Part shown: positions 11,157 to 21,355 of the stretch, in pieces
How positions within the stretch are numbered: position 1 is the stretch's first letter
Layout: every line of letters begins with the position of its first letter
DNA from: Basidiobolus meristosporus CBS 931.73
Taxonomy: Eukaryota > Fungi > Basidiobolomycota
Direction: 5' to 3'
NCBI GenBank assembly: GCA_002104905.1
Contig: MCFE01000579.1
Span: 1 to 56,523 of the forward strand
DNA: 56,523 nt
Position numbers and translations under genes: made by a program
The notes under the pieces: model-generated
Databases searched by the model: none
The model's input: only the letters and a program-made list of their open reading frames with translations
What the model was told of the DNA's origin: nothing

Positions 11157-13478
11157 TCACACTTGCATCATGTTGCTTGGAAATATGGGAAGGTTCATGT
11201 CGAATGCTGCTGAGCCGAAGTGGGCGGCCTCCGAGTTCTTTAGGATGATCTTGTGTAGGGAGTTGGCCCGTAGTACGTGCGATTCACTGGCCGAATGAAC
11301 CTTCTGTGTGCCTCCCAGCTGCGCCCATCGCCTAGCCCTGTCCCACTCCAATACTCGCACACTCCAAGAAATCGTTGGCCAGGTGCTCTTCAACTCCTCC
11401 GCCTTTTTGTGTAGCAGCGTGATCACTAGCTCCTTGGTTAGGCTCCCAGTGTTCGCGTCGGTTAGCTTGAGTTGGTGGACACAGGATAGGATTCCTTGTC
11501 TTGCTTCGTTGAGATATGTCTGATAGGAGAGCATTTTTCTTCGATATGCTACATATGCTGGGTTGTAAATATGGTTGTGAAGGGTTTCGAAATGCTTGAA
11601 AGAGTACATTGCGAGTCGCGGATGATGTGCATAGCTCTTGAGAATGTTGGATTCTTGTATAAGTCGTATTGGCTTGACTACCAGGATGATCCTAACCGTC
11701 TCAACCACCTCTCGGTTGTTCACCCGCCTGGGGATCTTTAGCTCGACGGTTTCCAGGTCGTAGATATGGGCCAAGCTCAGACTCAACCGGGACAGGTTCT
11801 GGAGTTTTAGCATCGCTTTGACTAGTTGGTATTTGAAGTAATGTGCGGGCGACTTTTTCTTTCGAAGCTTCAGGTCGAGGAAGAGGTCTTTGTCCAGATT
11901 CTCCTCGGGGGATTGCTGCTTGGTCTCCAATACTGCCTGCCATTCTTCTGCGCTCAACTCCGAATTTTCCCGGACTTTGATCATGGGAATCATATGGCGC
12001 CGATTTCGCGGAAGGAGAATGTTGATACTGGTTGCGGTGGTCTCCAAGTGGTACAGCCCAACGTACAGCCCGGGTGATGGCTTGACGGTGCGGGAGGCGT
12101 ATATAGTCCACGCTTGGGAGAGGATGGAGTAGCAAGGAGCGTATACCTTTGAATTCAATGACTCGATCGAGCGCCACTTCAACGCACCGCTCTTGATCAA
12201 GTCGGTAGCCACCGTAGGTAAGTATTTATCACAAACGTATTGCACGGTCAGGAGCACTTTTGAGTTGTATTTTGGAAGTTCCACCACCTGCTCGTAAAGG
12301 TTGCCCAACTGGGGCAATGGAAGAATCTTCATCATGTTATCAGCAGCCTCACAAAAGGCCATCCTTATGTTCTGAGAGTGCCGTTGTTGTCTGGAGTGGC
12401 GGTGGTGATTGGTGCTGTAGCACTCCGATACGTTGGTTGTTTCCCACTCCATCGAGCTCTTCAGAATCCATGAGAATTCCTCGCAATTCTCAGTAAACTC
12501 TTTCCCTCCATTGAGCGAGGAGAAATTCTCGGCAACAATCAGTGTCGGAAGCAAGCCACCAGCAGTCTGTAGTACTTTGTGGTCACTGCGGAAAAGTAGC
12601 GTGGACAGATACAGACAGTCCTTACGTAGTTTTGTCCTCAGTGAGGTGTACGAGCGGCCGAAGAGGCCGCTGAAGGAGTTTGGCTTTGGTGGTAGATATC
12701 GTATAGCTTCCTCTGAATTGCGCGACAGGATGGACTTCAAAAGAGATTCCTTGGTTGTTAGGGGAGTCGACAGGAAAGCATGAACTTGGTTTGAAATATA
12801 TTACCGATTTCGTGGATACCAATTCGAAGTAATCAGGTTTCTTGCTCAGCACTAAAAGGGATTTCTACAACAGGCGCATGATTAGCGAAGGGTTCATGCG
12901 CAGCCACAGAAAGAGGTTGTACCCTGGCTTCTGACGAATAGAAGTCTATGGGATAGTCATCGTTCAGCCAGCTATTCAAAGATTCACAGTAACTACAGTA
13001 TAATGCAGATTATCAGTTCACTACATCCTGATAAGATCATGCCCTCCTAACCACATCCTATACTGCATCTTCCACCAGGAGCTCATGAGCAAATACTTCA
13101 AACACGAAAGCAACGCCAGGAACTCACATTGCGTAACTCCAGTCTTCCCAATACTCAAATTTCTCACAGCACTGGGGGATCACAAGGGAACAAGTTTGGT
13201 TGAAGATGAATTGAAAGAAGGGATTGGTGAGATCATGATTGCAAAAGCGATCTAACACAAATGTCATACCAACTCCGCCACCTTCCGAACCGTAGTCCCC
13301 TGGGAGATGTGAAGAGTCAACGCCTTAATGCGTGAGACATCTTTCACCACGACTTCAATGCTTGGTCTGGTCCAATGGGCCTCCGTTAGTAATTGCGCAT
13401 AGGTTGTTCAGGAAACATCGTGAGTTACCGCAATGCGAAATAGTCAACATAATCAGCACGCTTTTCAATTAGACTCAT
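11157..13478 (-). CDS. Protein with a putative N-terminal ubiquitin-like/RA fold and a domain resembling the C-terminal conserved region of ANKFN1/Wide awake/Banderuola
   Basis: ATG at 13478. Introns include a GTAACT..TACTAAC..CAG intron after exon 1, plus 12865-12922 and 12750-12804; all three keep the frame, but one upstream junction is uncertain. The last exon (11157-12749) is a 527-aa ORF with LYLSTLLFRSDHKVLQT..LP, FSWILKSSMEW and PGLYVGLYHL..INILL..IPMIKVRENSELSAEEW. Confidence 0.75.
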
Positions 13479-14149
13479 TGGATTATACACGCTCCCACTG
13501 ACTAGTTAACTTTGGAGGATTAGGAAGTGGATCAACAAGCCAGTTTGTGAATCAAAAATTCTTTGAATGGGCAGGAGTGTGTATTGAGCGATAGCGCGCG
13601 AGCTCATCTATTTATAAAAGAATGGGATTTGCTGTGTTGTTGTGTGGATGTCGGATACAAGATTGACCCTTCAAAGGGTATTGCAGTTGTAACCATTGCA
13701 AGTAATCAAACTAACGTAAATGAAATTTATGCACCCGCAACCCTGAGTTCAGTGAGACCTCCACAACGCAGCGTAACTTTTCCTAGCTGCGCGTACTAGT
13801 TTAGCTATAGTGGGGCTTGGTGTCTCAGAAGACTGCCCTGACAAATGAAATACGCACTTGCATATACTGTGAATAAATACACTACACCAGGTTATCATCA
13901 TCGCGTGCTGTATTTGGGATACAGCAACAGCTAGGCCAATTCTGCCTAATATTGCCAGTTGAGGATGCGCACCATCGGCTTCACAGCAAATGTGCTGGAA
14001 GATAATTAGTGGGATGCATAGACAATATCCAAGTGTGCGTCTTATTTGGTATGATTTGATACAATCAGGTATGAGACCAATATTGCACTGTCATTCGGAG
14101 ATTATCTTTCGCTATCTGGGGTCCGATACTACCTGTGTCTACTTAGGAA

Positions 14150-14453
14150 CTCCCTAACACCCCTTCCGCAAATCCTGGATAGTGGTACCGGCTGTCTTGC
14201 ATCTTTCATGTACGCTAATCCAATTTGCTTGGGAGTAGAGGGCTGTGGATTGTCTATATGGATCAAGTAGGGCGTTCTGACTTGCGCATGGGCGTGTTGG
14301 GACCACATGTAGGGTGGGGAGCAGGTAGGGTTCGTATTTCCACTCAGAAATCCCTGAATAATACCCCTTCCCCAAGTTGTTATTCCATGTAGGCTTTGCT
14401 GTATGTGGCCCACTTTTGTGATGGTCATGATAGGCTTCACATGCGCGTATCAC
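14150..14453 (-). pseudogene. Degenerate Ty3/gypsy integrase zinc-binding (HHCC) relic
   Basis: YHDHHKSGPHTAKPTWNNNLGKGYYSGI..HVVPTRPCASQ resembles the H-x3-GH-G..T...YYW..C-x2-C pattern of gypsy integrases. Confidence 0.4.
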
Positions 14454-14533
14454 GTGACTTGGTGAAGCTGGATCGTGTCAATACCACTTCATTTATTTCA
14501 TTCCAATGCATGCATTCGTGGCATTTCGATACC

Positions 14534-15244
14534 ATGGAGTTGAATCTCATAGTGCTAGCTTCCTTAGGGACCCTTTTGCTCGCAGTGTTGCCCGGAGCCT
14601 TATTCCTGTACTCGAATCTGTTCAAGCTACGGGATCCCTTGACCCTATGGAAGGCTATAGGAGACTCGCCGCTTTACTTCTGCCGAAATTGGATATTCAC
14701 CACAATCTTGGGCTTCATCAACCCTTATAGCAGAACCTTGCCTTTGAAGATTCTGGAGCTAGACCAAGGCCGAGTAGTGGCCACCGTCAAGGTAAGTGGT
14801 TGACCTCCTAGGTTCAAGAAAGTCCCTTCTATTTACCAGCGAGGTCCTTTCTGCAGGAAAAGAATTCTCTTAGAAATCCCTTCAATAGCATTCACGCTGT
14901 TGCTTTGTGTTTGCTTGCCGAAACAGTAGGTGGTCTGGCTATGTTTACAAAGCTGGGGAAAAAAGATCGTGGCATATTGAAGGGGCTCAAAATGGAGGTA
15001 TGATATCCCCGAGACCATTCTCGCTTCAACTCGTTCAGATGTCGCTCCCAATTGAATATTCACCTTCTACCGTTATCAGTACTACAAGAAAGCCCGAGGA
15101 ACCTTGACCGCTGAGAGCGGCTTTCAGCTGGAGCGGTTTGCTGGTAAAAGAGAAGTTGTATCCTCGGTGCGCATTCTGGATGCAGATCTGGTGCTTGTCG
15201 CCGTTGCTGAATTGACGTGGTCACTTGAACTGAAGGACGAATGA
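14534..15244 (+). CDS. Hot-dog fold thioesterase-like protein (DUF4442/PaaI-like) with N-terminal hydrophobic anchor
   Basis: Three exons (14534-14791, 14857-14997, 15080-15244) with canonical phase-0 GT-AG introns. Motifs: NPYSRTL..LELDQGRVV, LRNPFNSIHAVALCLLAETVGGLAM, LKMEYYKKARGTLTAE. Confidence 0.85.
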
Positions 15245-16339
15245 TTATTCCGCAGGCAGTTTGAACAAGGCCCGCAATTGATGAGAAAGCTTATTGCAGT
15301 GCAGTGATATTGCCCAAGCTAAGCGATGTAGCGTATTCTAAACATCTGAAAAGTAACATCAATCATTAAATGCACCGAAGATTATGCTCAAGTCAGTGTG
15401 AGTGGTGTGGTGGACATGGCCAGATCTACGCAGCGCGTATGGATGTTGTCGATTACTCATTGCATCCATGATGTCTGAGGTGGAGTGGTCTCTAGATCCA
15501 TTTTTTCGGGATTGTTTTCCGGAATCTGTGCAATTGGCCAGCCGCAATTTACCTGCTATGCACGTGGGTGGATGAAACAGGCAAGCTATTGATTAGTCAG
15601 CATAACGATTGGCTAGAGGGGTTAACATCCACGTCCGACCGCTAGTCCAGCACCAAGGCTTTCGTACTGTCAGCCCCGATTGAAGGCCGGAGATTTCCCT
15701 CGCTGCTTACAATTAGGGCGTGAGAGGCGGTGGAGCAGTGGGTGCGGGATGGCAGCTATACTGCTGTGCTACTGTTCGGCCCGGAGAAACCATTAAAATG
15801 AGGCGTGTTTATAACGTTGAGTGAGTTGACAATGCAGTATTGGGAATTCATGTGGTAAATTCGATGGGTTTAATGTTGGTGCGAGTAAGATGACTAAGCT
15901 GAGTTCGGTCGCCGTGATTTTAGCTAAATTAATGGCCTCGGAGGCCAGGCAATCTTGAAGTAACTTGTTTGGTTGTCTAGCCGCGATACGAGCTTTTCTC
16001 TGATGGGCTATCCGCAAGGATGGTTGGCCCACTACACTCATTACACATTACGTCTGCGTGAGTCTGAAACAACAAGCTACATGTCTGGTGGGTGAGTTGC
16101 TATCTACGATATGGGAATCACGCAGGAGTTCAGTACAGCGGTAACATTGTTGGCATGGTACCATTCACCGGAGCATGTCACCCCTTACGCAGGTATTTCG
16201 AGGGATCGTATGATTTGTTATGGTGAGCTTCGTTGAATAGCTCCACCATGCTAGCCAAACTAGGCTCTCGGTTGTATTGGGACCTACAAAGGCATTGAGC
16301 TATCGAGCATGATGGTCAGCAGCCAGCTTCAGTTACAAT

Positions 16340-17040
16340 GGCACATCTATTGGCCAAAAAAGTATCATACAGAAAGACAGCCTGGAAGGAATATGTTCCA
16401 AGAATTGTTATCCCGAGTAGTACAGGCCTGCCACAAGAGACAGCAATCCCTCATATATGTGAAGCTGGGATTAGGGCTACATAGACAACCAAGTTACAAA
16501 GACCACTCACAGAGTTCAGTCAAGGGGTATATTGAGCAAGTATAGATCTGAGCCAGTCATATAAGCCTTGAAGCAGTGTCTGTATGGTGGGAGCAAAGGG
16601 CCATGGTAAGGATGATAGAGTTTGGAAAACGAGCAGATTTGGTAGCTCCCTGTTTTGTTCAGTGTAACACAATCATATGCCTTGGCTTTTGTGCGTCAAG
16701 ATTCTTGGATTTACCAGAAAGTCAATCACCACCGCTTCCGTCAACACGACGAATTACCTTCAAGATCTGGCATAGTGATCACATTATCCATCAGCCCAAA
16801 AAGGGGATGTTCGAGTCTGTTACAGCTGGGGTATTCTCATTAGTGCAAGTGGCCATTCCATCGACCAAATCTAAACGATCCATTGTCACATTACAAGCCT
16901 TCGCAAATAATACAAATGGTGTACCCAGATAGGCCAATCAGCATCAAGGGCGACCATGGGTTTGCTTTAAATAGGACAGCAGCCACCTGCAGGTGGGAGG
17001 CGTCACTCAATCCATCACTATTATTTCACACCGCACACAT
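16340..17040 (+). pseudogene. Degenerate Ty3/gypsy integrase relic
   Basis: Across frames it reads RIVIP, VWW..M..FVQC..C, PPLPSTRRITFKIWHSDHI, GVFSLVQVAIP, GVP and ISIKGDHGFAL. This order matches the integrase zinc finger followed by the rve core, with stops and frameshifts. Confidence 0.5.
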
Positions 17041-17048
17041 TGTTGAAA

Positions 17049-17468
17049 ATGGTCAACGTTCAAACAGTAGACGGGAACACTTTCACTGTAGATGAGGCAC
17101 TGGCAAAACATTCCCATTACTTAAAGGACCATCCCGAGGGGAAGGAGCCTATCAGGCTCACGAAGGTTAACGGTGCTACCTTTAGTAAGGTCCTGGAGTA
17201 CCTAGAGCACCACAAAGAGGACCCGGTATTCACGCTCGAAGACACTAAGCAACAGGAGTTCTCGGAATGGGACAGACAGTTCGTTCAAGTTGACCAAGAT
17301 GCTTTGTTGGAGCTACTGGAAGCTGCACAACACCTAGATATTTATCCCTTAATAGCGCTGGCTGGGAAATCACTTACAAATATACTTGATAGACCTGATT
17401 CCCATGAGCTGCATACCTCTATTGAGAACGACGCAGTCATCATTTCCCAGGGACTTGCCTTCTTTTAG
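17049..17468 (+). CDS. SKP1-like: Divergent intronless Skp1 paralog with a truncated C-terminus
   Basis: MVNVQTVDGNTFTVD, PIRLTKVNGATFSKVLEYLEHHKED and EWDRQFVQVDQDALLELLEAAQHLDI..L match the Skp1 POZ domain and helices 4-5. The ORF ends at IENDAVIISQGLAFF. Confidence 0.85.
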   Translation: MVNVQTVDGNTFTVDEALAKHSHYLKDHPEGKEPIRLTKVNGATFSKVLEYLEHHKEDPVFTLEDTKQQEFSEWDRQFVQVDQDALLELLEAAQHLDIYPLIALAGKSLTNILDRPDSHELHTSIENDAVIISQGLAFF

Positions 17469-18456
17469 TTGACAAGCATGTCCTTCGTGCGTGCTGTACC
17501 CAGTTTGCTGCCCTTGCACCTTAGTAGAGTAATAGAATGAAATGCATCCTCTCCCCCAAATCCTGTACACATAGGCTGAAGAGTGGTTGACTCAGATATT
17601 ACTCACCTTCGATAAAATTCTCCTGAAGCATCCATAAAGAACCAGCTTGAATCACTCTCTCCCAACCTTGGCTGTGTTCGGAACCCCGAGGCAGATGCAG
17701 GCAGCGGTAATTGTGCCCAGCAATCAAGGAGGACGCGTCATGCCCAGCCGTGCCTTGCAAATACTCAAAGCAATTGTGCTGCAAGCAGGGTTGTCTAGTA
17801 TGATGCCAAGCTTTTATGATTATTAGTAGATTGCAAGCAAATCAATCCGAATGCCCATTTGTCGGAGGGGACATGGGTGGCGTGATATAATCGCTACCTC
17901 GTGCCGTGGTTGAGTATGATTGTGAGGTAGAAGCTGAGCCACCATGAATTTGGTCAATATAGGTTTGATCAGCCAGTGGCTGAGAATGGGGCATGCTTGG
18001 GCTGTGGTGATTAAACCAGAGTGATCCAGCAGCTGCCCTCCAGCTTGGTAGTTGCGGCCGTCGGAGTCGAAGTCGGTCGTCGCATCACTTCACCCAACAT
18101 ATCGCTGGTCATTAGGGATTGTGGTTCATGGGTCGTGGGCTCATTGCGCCTCCTCTACGCATGGGCGGCAAGATTGTTGGCAAATAGCAGTCATGGACTA
18201 TCCACTGTCCCCCCCGAAACATTGGGAAGTCGTTCATCAGCAACCCGAATTATACACCAATATACAGGAATCACGATTGGCCGATTATTACACTGGATAC
18301 TCAGGGCGAGGTGATTGATGGGATGAGCTCATGCATACAGATCATACTCAATTCACTGACTAGTTTGGATGCCTGCGCAGTAAAGACAATCAGTCAAACC
18401 TCAATTCAACCCATATAAAAAACTCCCAGGCTGGGTGGCTTAGCCCTCGAGCACAG

Positions 18457-20888
18457 ATGAAGTGTACGCAAGGAATCTATTTAAATCGATCTTCAGGCGA
18501 CCGGGAGTTTCCATTGAATGCTATTTGCCAAACTCAATCTCTAATTACGATTATCCCTCAGGTATACTATTCTTGGTTGATCTACCTCCTAAGTGTATCC
18601 CTTTCTCAGTTAACCTTCGATTGCTCTTCCAAGGATATGCCGATGAGTGAGGTTAGATCTTTTTTTTCGCTTTCCTCCGGGGAGGCGGTCCCCCCGCAAA
18701 ACGAGACGCCCGAAAAGGTGGCTGACGAGGAGGTCGAGGTCGAGGAGAGTGCTGCGCAGGAGACCGAGGCCCAGCTTACCCCCTCTACCTCGCTGAATCT
18801 TTCAACCGACTCGGACCATTGTATACACGAGGGGAACGAAACGGTCCTCGAGGTGTTGGGCAGAGACGGCCGTTTCTCGAAGTTCCTGCAGAAAATCAAT
18901 CAACACAACAGTTTAGAGGGGGATCTTGGGGATCCAAGGGAAGAGGTTCGTTGGGTTGCTCTGCATGAGGCTGATCTTGATCGATTGGGTGACTGATTTG
19001 CTCTCATTTGTAGTGGACCATCTTTGCACCGACGGATAAAGCCTTCAGTAGACTTCACAAGAGTCACGAGAAATACTCTGACGAGCAGTTGCGTAAGGTA
19101 TGGATCAACGATTCAACGGCCTTGGGCGGCTTAAAGGAGCTTTATTGATAGGTTGGCAAATAGGTCCTACAATACCACGTTGTCCAGGAAACCTTGATGG
19201 AGGATGAATTCGAAACCAATTCCCTCATTCCGACCACGTTTGTCAGCTCTCGCCTGGACGGACATCCGCAAAGACTCTTAATCGAGTCGTACAAAAACCA
19301 CTACTACATTAATGGAGTGGCCATCAAGGAAACCGACTTGGAAGCTCGCAACGGGGTGGTCCATGTAATCAACGAGGTGATTCTTCCACCGAACCGACTT
19401 CTCAAGCAGCTGAAAGAGATCTCCAAGGAGTTCTCTATATTCCTTAAGGCGGTGGAGAAAACCGGGCTGGAAAGAGAATTTGGCGAGAGCGGAGTGACCG
19501 GCTTCATCCCCACCAATTACGCGTTTAAAAGCTTGGGTCGAAAGGTGCTGAAGCATCTATTTTCGTCTTACGGGATCGTGGAGTTGAGAAATCTCTTGCT
19601 GAACCACTTATCCACCAAACTCATCTACTCCTCCGATCTGAAGGCTCTTCTGCGTCGTGGCAACCTGGGTAGAAAGAAAGGAAGTCGTCGTAATGGCGAT
19701 TTTGATCAGCCCCCTAAAAGAGGTAGAGGTCGTAATCCACCTTCCAGACGTGGTAGACGATCAAGAGACGATGAGAGAGGAGGCAGATATCCTCCACGCC
19801 ACCGTGATGGAAGGGATTGGGATGATGAGCCAGAAAGCCGCTACCCTCACAGGCGTGGAGGACGACGCTGGGATGACGAGCCAGAGCATGGACGCCATGG
19901 AAGACGTTGGGACGATGAGCCAGTGGATCGCCATCCGCCGAGACGTGGTGGTAGACATTGGGATGATGAACCTGAAGGCAGGTTCCCACCCAGACGCGGA
20001 GGGAGACACTGGGATGATGAACCTGAAGGCAGGTTCCCACCACGACGTGGAGGAAGACGCTGGGACGATGAGCCTGAGCAGAGATTCCCACCAAGACGCG
20101 GAGGAAGACGCTGGGACGATGAGCCTGAGGAGAGATTCCCACCAAGACGCGGAGGAAGGCACTGGGATGATGAACCGGAGGAGAGATTCCCACCACGACG
20201 ACGAGGCAGACGCTGGGAGGACGAACCGGAGGAGAGATTTCCACCACGGCGCGGAGGAAGACGCTGGGAGGATGAGCCTGAAGAAAGATTCCCACCACGA
20301 CGCGGAGGAAGGCGCTGGGACGATGAGCCAGAGCAGAGATTCCCGCCAAGACGCGGAGGAAGGAACTGGGACGATGAACCTGAAGAGAGGCTACCTCCTA
20401 GACGCGGTGGGAGACGTTCGGATGATTACCATGAGCATAATGCTTCTGTGCCCGATGGCCAGGAAGGTGGTTTGGCCAATAATACTTCCGGGGGAATAAG
20501 CCACTGCAACGACTCGCGTCGTCGAAGCGATAGCTGGGATGATCTGAAGGAGGAGCTTGCTAACATCGAGAAACGCCAAGCTGGGGCTGAAACAAGAGAG
20601 GAGGAGCACTTATCTGGGCTTGGGCAAGAGTATATCGAGGAAAATGAAGAGACCATCTATGAAGTGGAGTTCCCCTCCAGGCTGTGTGGGGAGAAGTTGG
20701 AGCTTGAGGTGATCGATGATGAATATCAGGACGAGATCGAGATCACTGTTAACAAGCAAGCGCGAGTTCTCCTGGCGGACGGGGTCGTGGAAAATGGGGT
20801 CATCCACATTATTGACAGCGTGCTCTTGCCATGGGGGATTCGACTCCCGAAGTTGCAGTGGCACGATCTTCAAAAACACTCGTTTTAA
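18457..20888 (+). CDS. Fasciclin (FAS1) domain protein; second FAS1 domain interrupted by a tandem-repeat insert; N-terminus uncertain
   Basis: Exons 18457-18945, 19014-19097 and 19164-20888 join in phase 0. FAS1-1 has WTIFAPTDKAF, VLQYHVV and NGVVHVINEVILPP. FAS1-2 has GVTGFIPTNYAF and LLLNHLS, then the insert, then ADGVVENGVIHIIDSVLLP. Confidence 0.85.
19782..20417 (+). repeat. Coding tandem repeat, 51-bp/17-aa unit (WDDEPEERFPPRRGGRR), 12 W[DE]DEP copies
   Basis: Counted directly in the translation. The outermost units are degenerate and one unit is shortened. Confidence 0.97.
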
Positions 20889-21355
20889 TCGCATGCGAGA
20901 GTAGCTTCCTGTAACTTAGCCCATGTCCATGAATTTATAAATATTTTATTCCCGTGTCGAAAGCCACACGTATGTTGATTTGCTATTAAAGATCCATTTC
21001 TTTCTCGCTTGTAAGCTATATTGCCGACAATGGCCCGCCCTGTTCAACCTTTCCACCGATTCGCCCATACATTTCAAATGGGACGGCTCCACACCAAGTT
21101 GCCTTCCATAAATGAGACCCTACGGGGTGTAATCAGAGTGCATATCAGGACCGGGGTTGATCGGGGTGCCGACGGACAAAGGGCACCCTGATTTTCTGGA
21201 TGCCAGGCTCACCAATAAGCGGCCATCTGTCAGAAATGCGATGTTTACGGTAGACGGCATTGTTTTGAATCGTGCGGGGGATTCTCAGGAGATGGAGCAC
21301 CATCCGCACCTCACAATATACGCCCAGTAGCTCACCAACCTAATCACCAAGGAAA

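Noticed and set aside
17470-18320. Possible gene or extra 5' exon between Skp1-like and FAS1 genes
   Set aside because: An intron-like segment (18312-18380) would join the 18021 frame to the FAS1 ORF, but that frame has no ATG. Minus-strand frames are broken by stops. Left unresolved.
19782-20417. CRISPR-like array
   Set aside because: The repeats are contiguous, in frame and have no unique spacers. The context is eukaryotic with no cas genes.
19657-20499. Long alternative-frame and antisense ORFs (280, 211, 133 aa) over the repeat
   Set aside because: Expected by-product of a 51-bp stop-free repeat. There is no evidence for dual coding.
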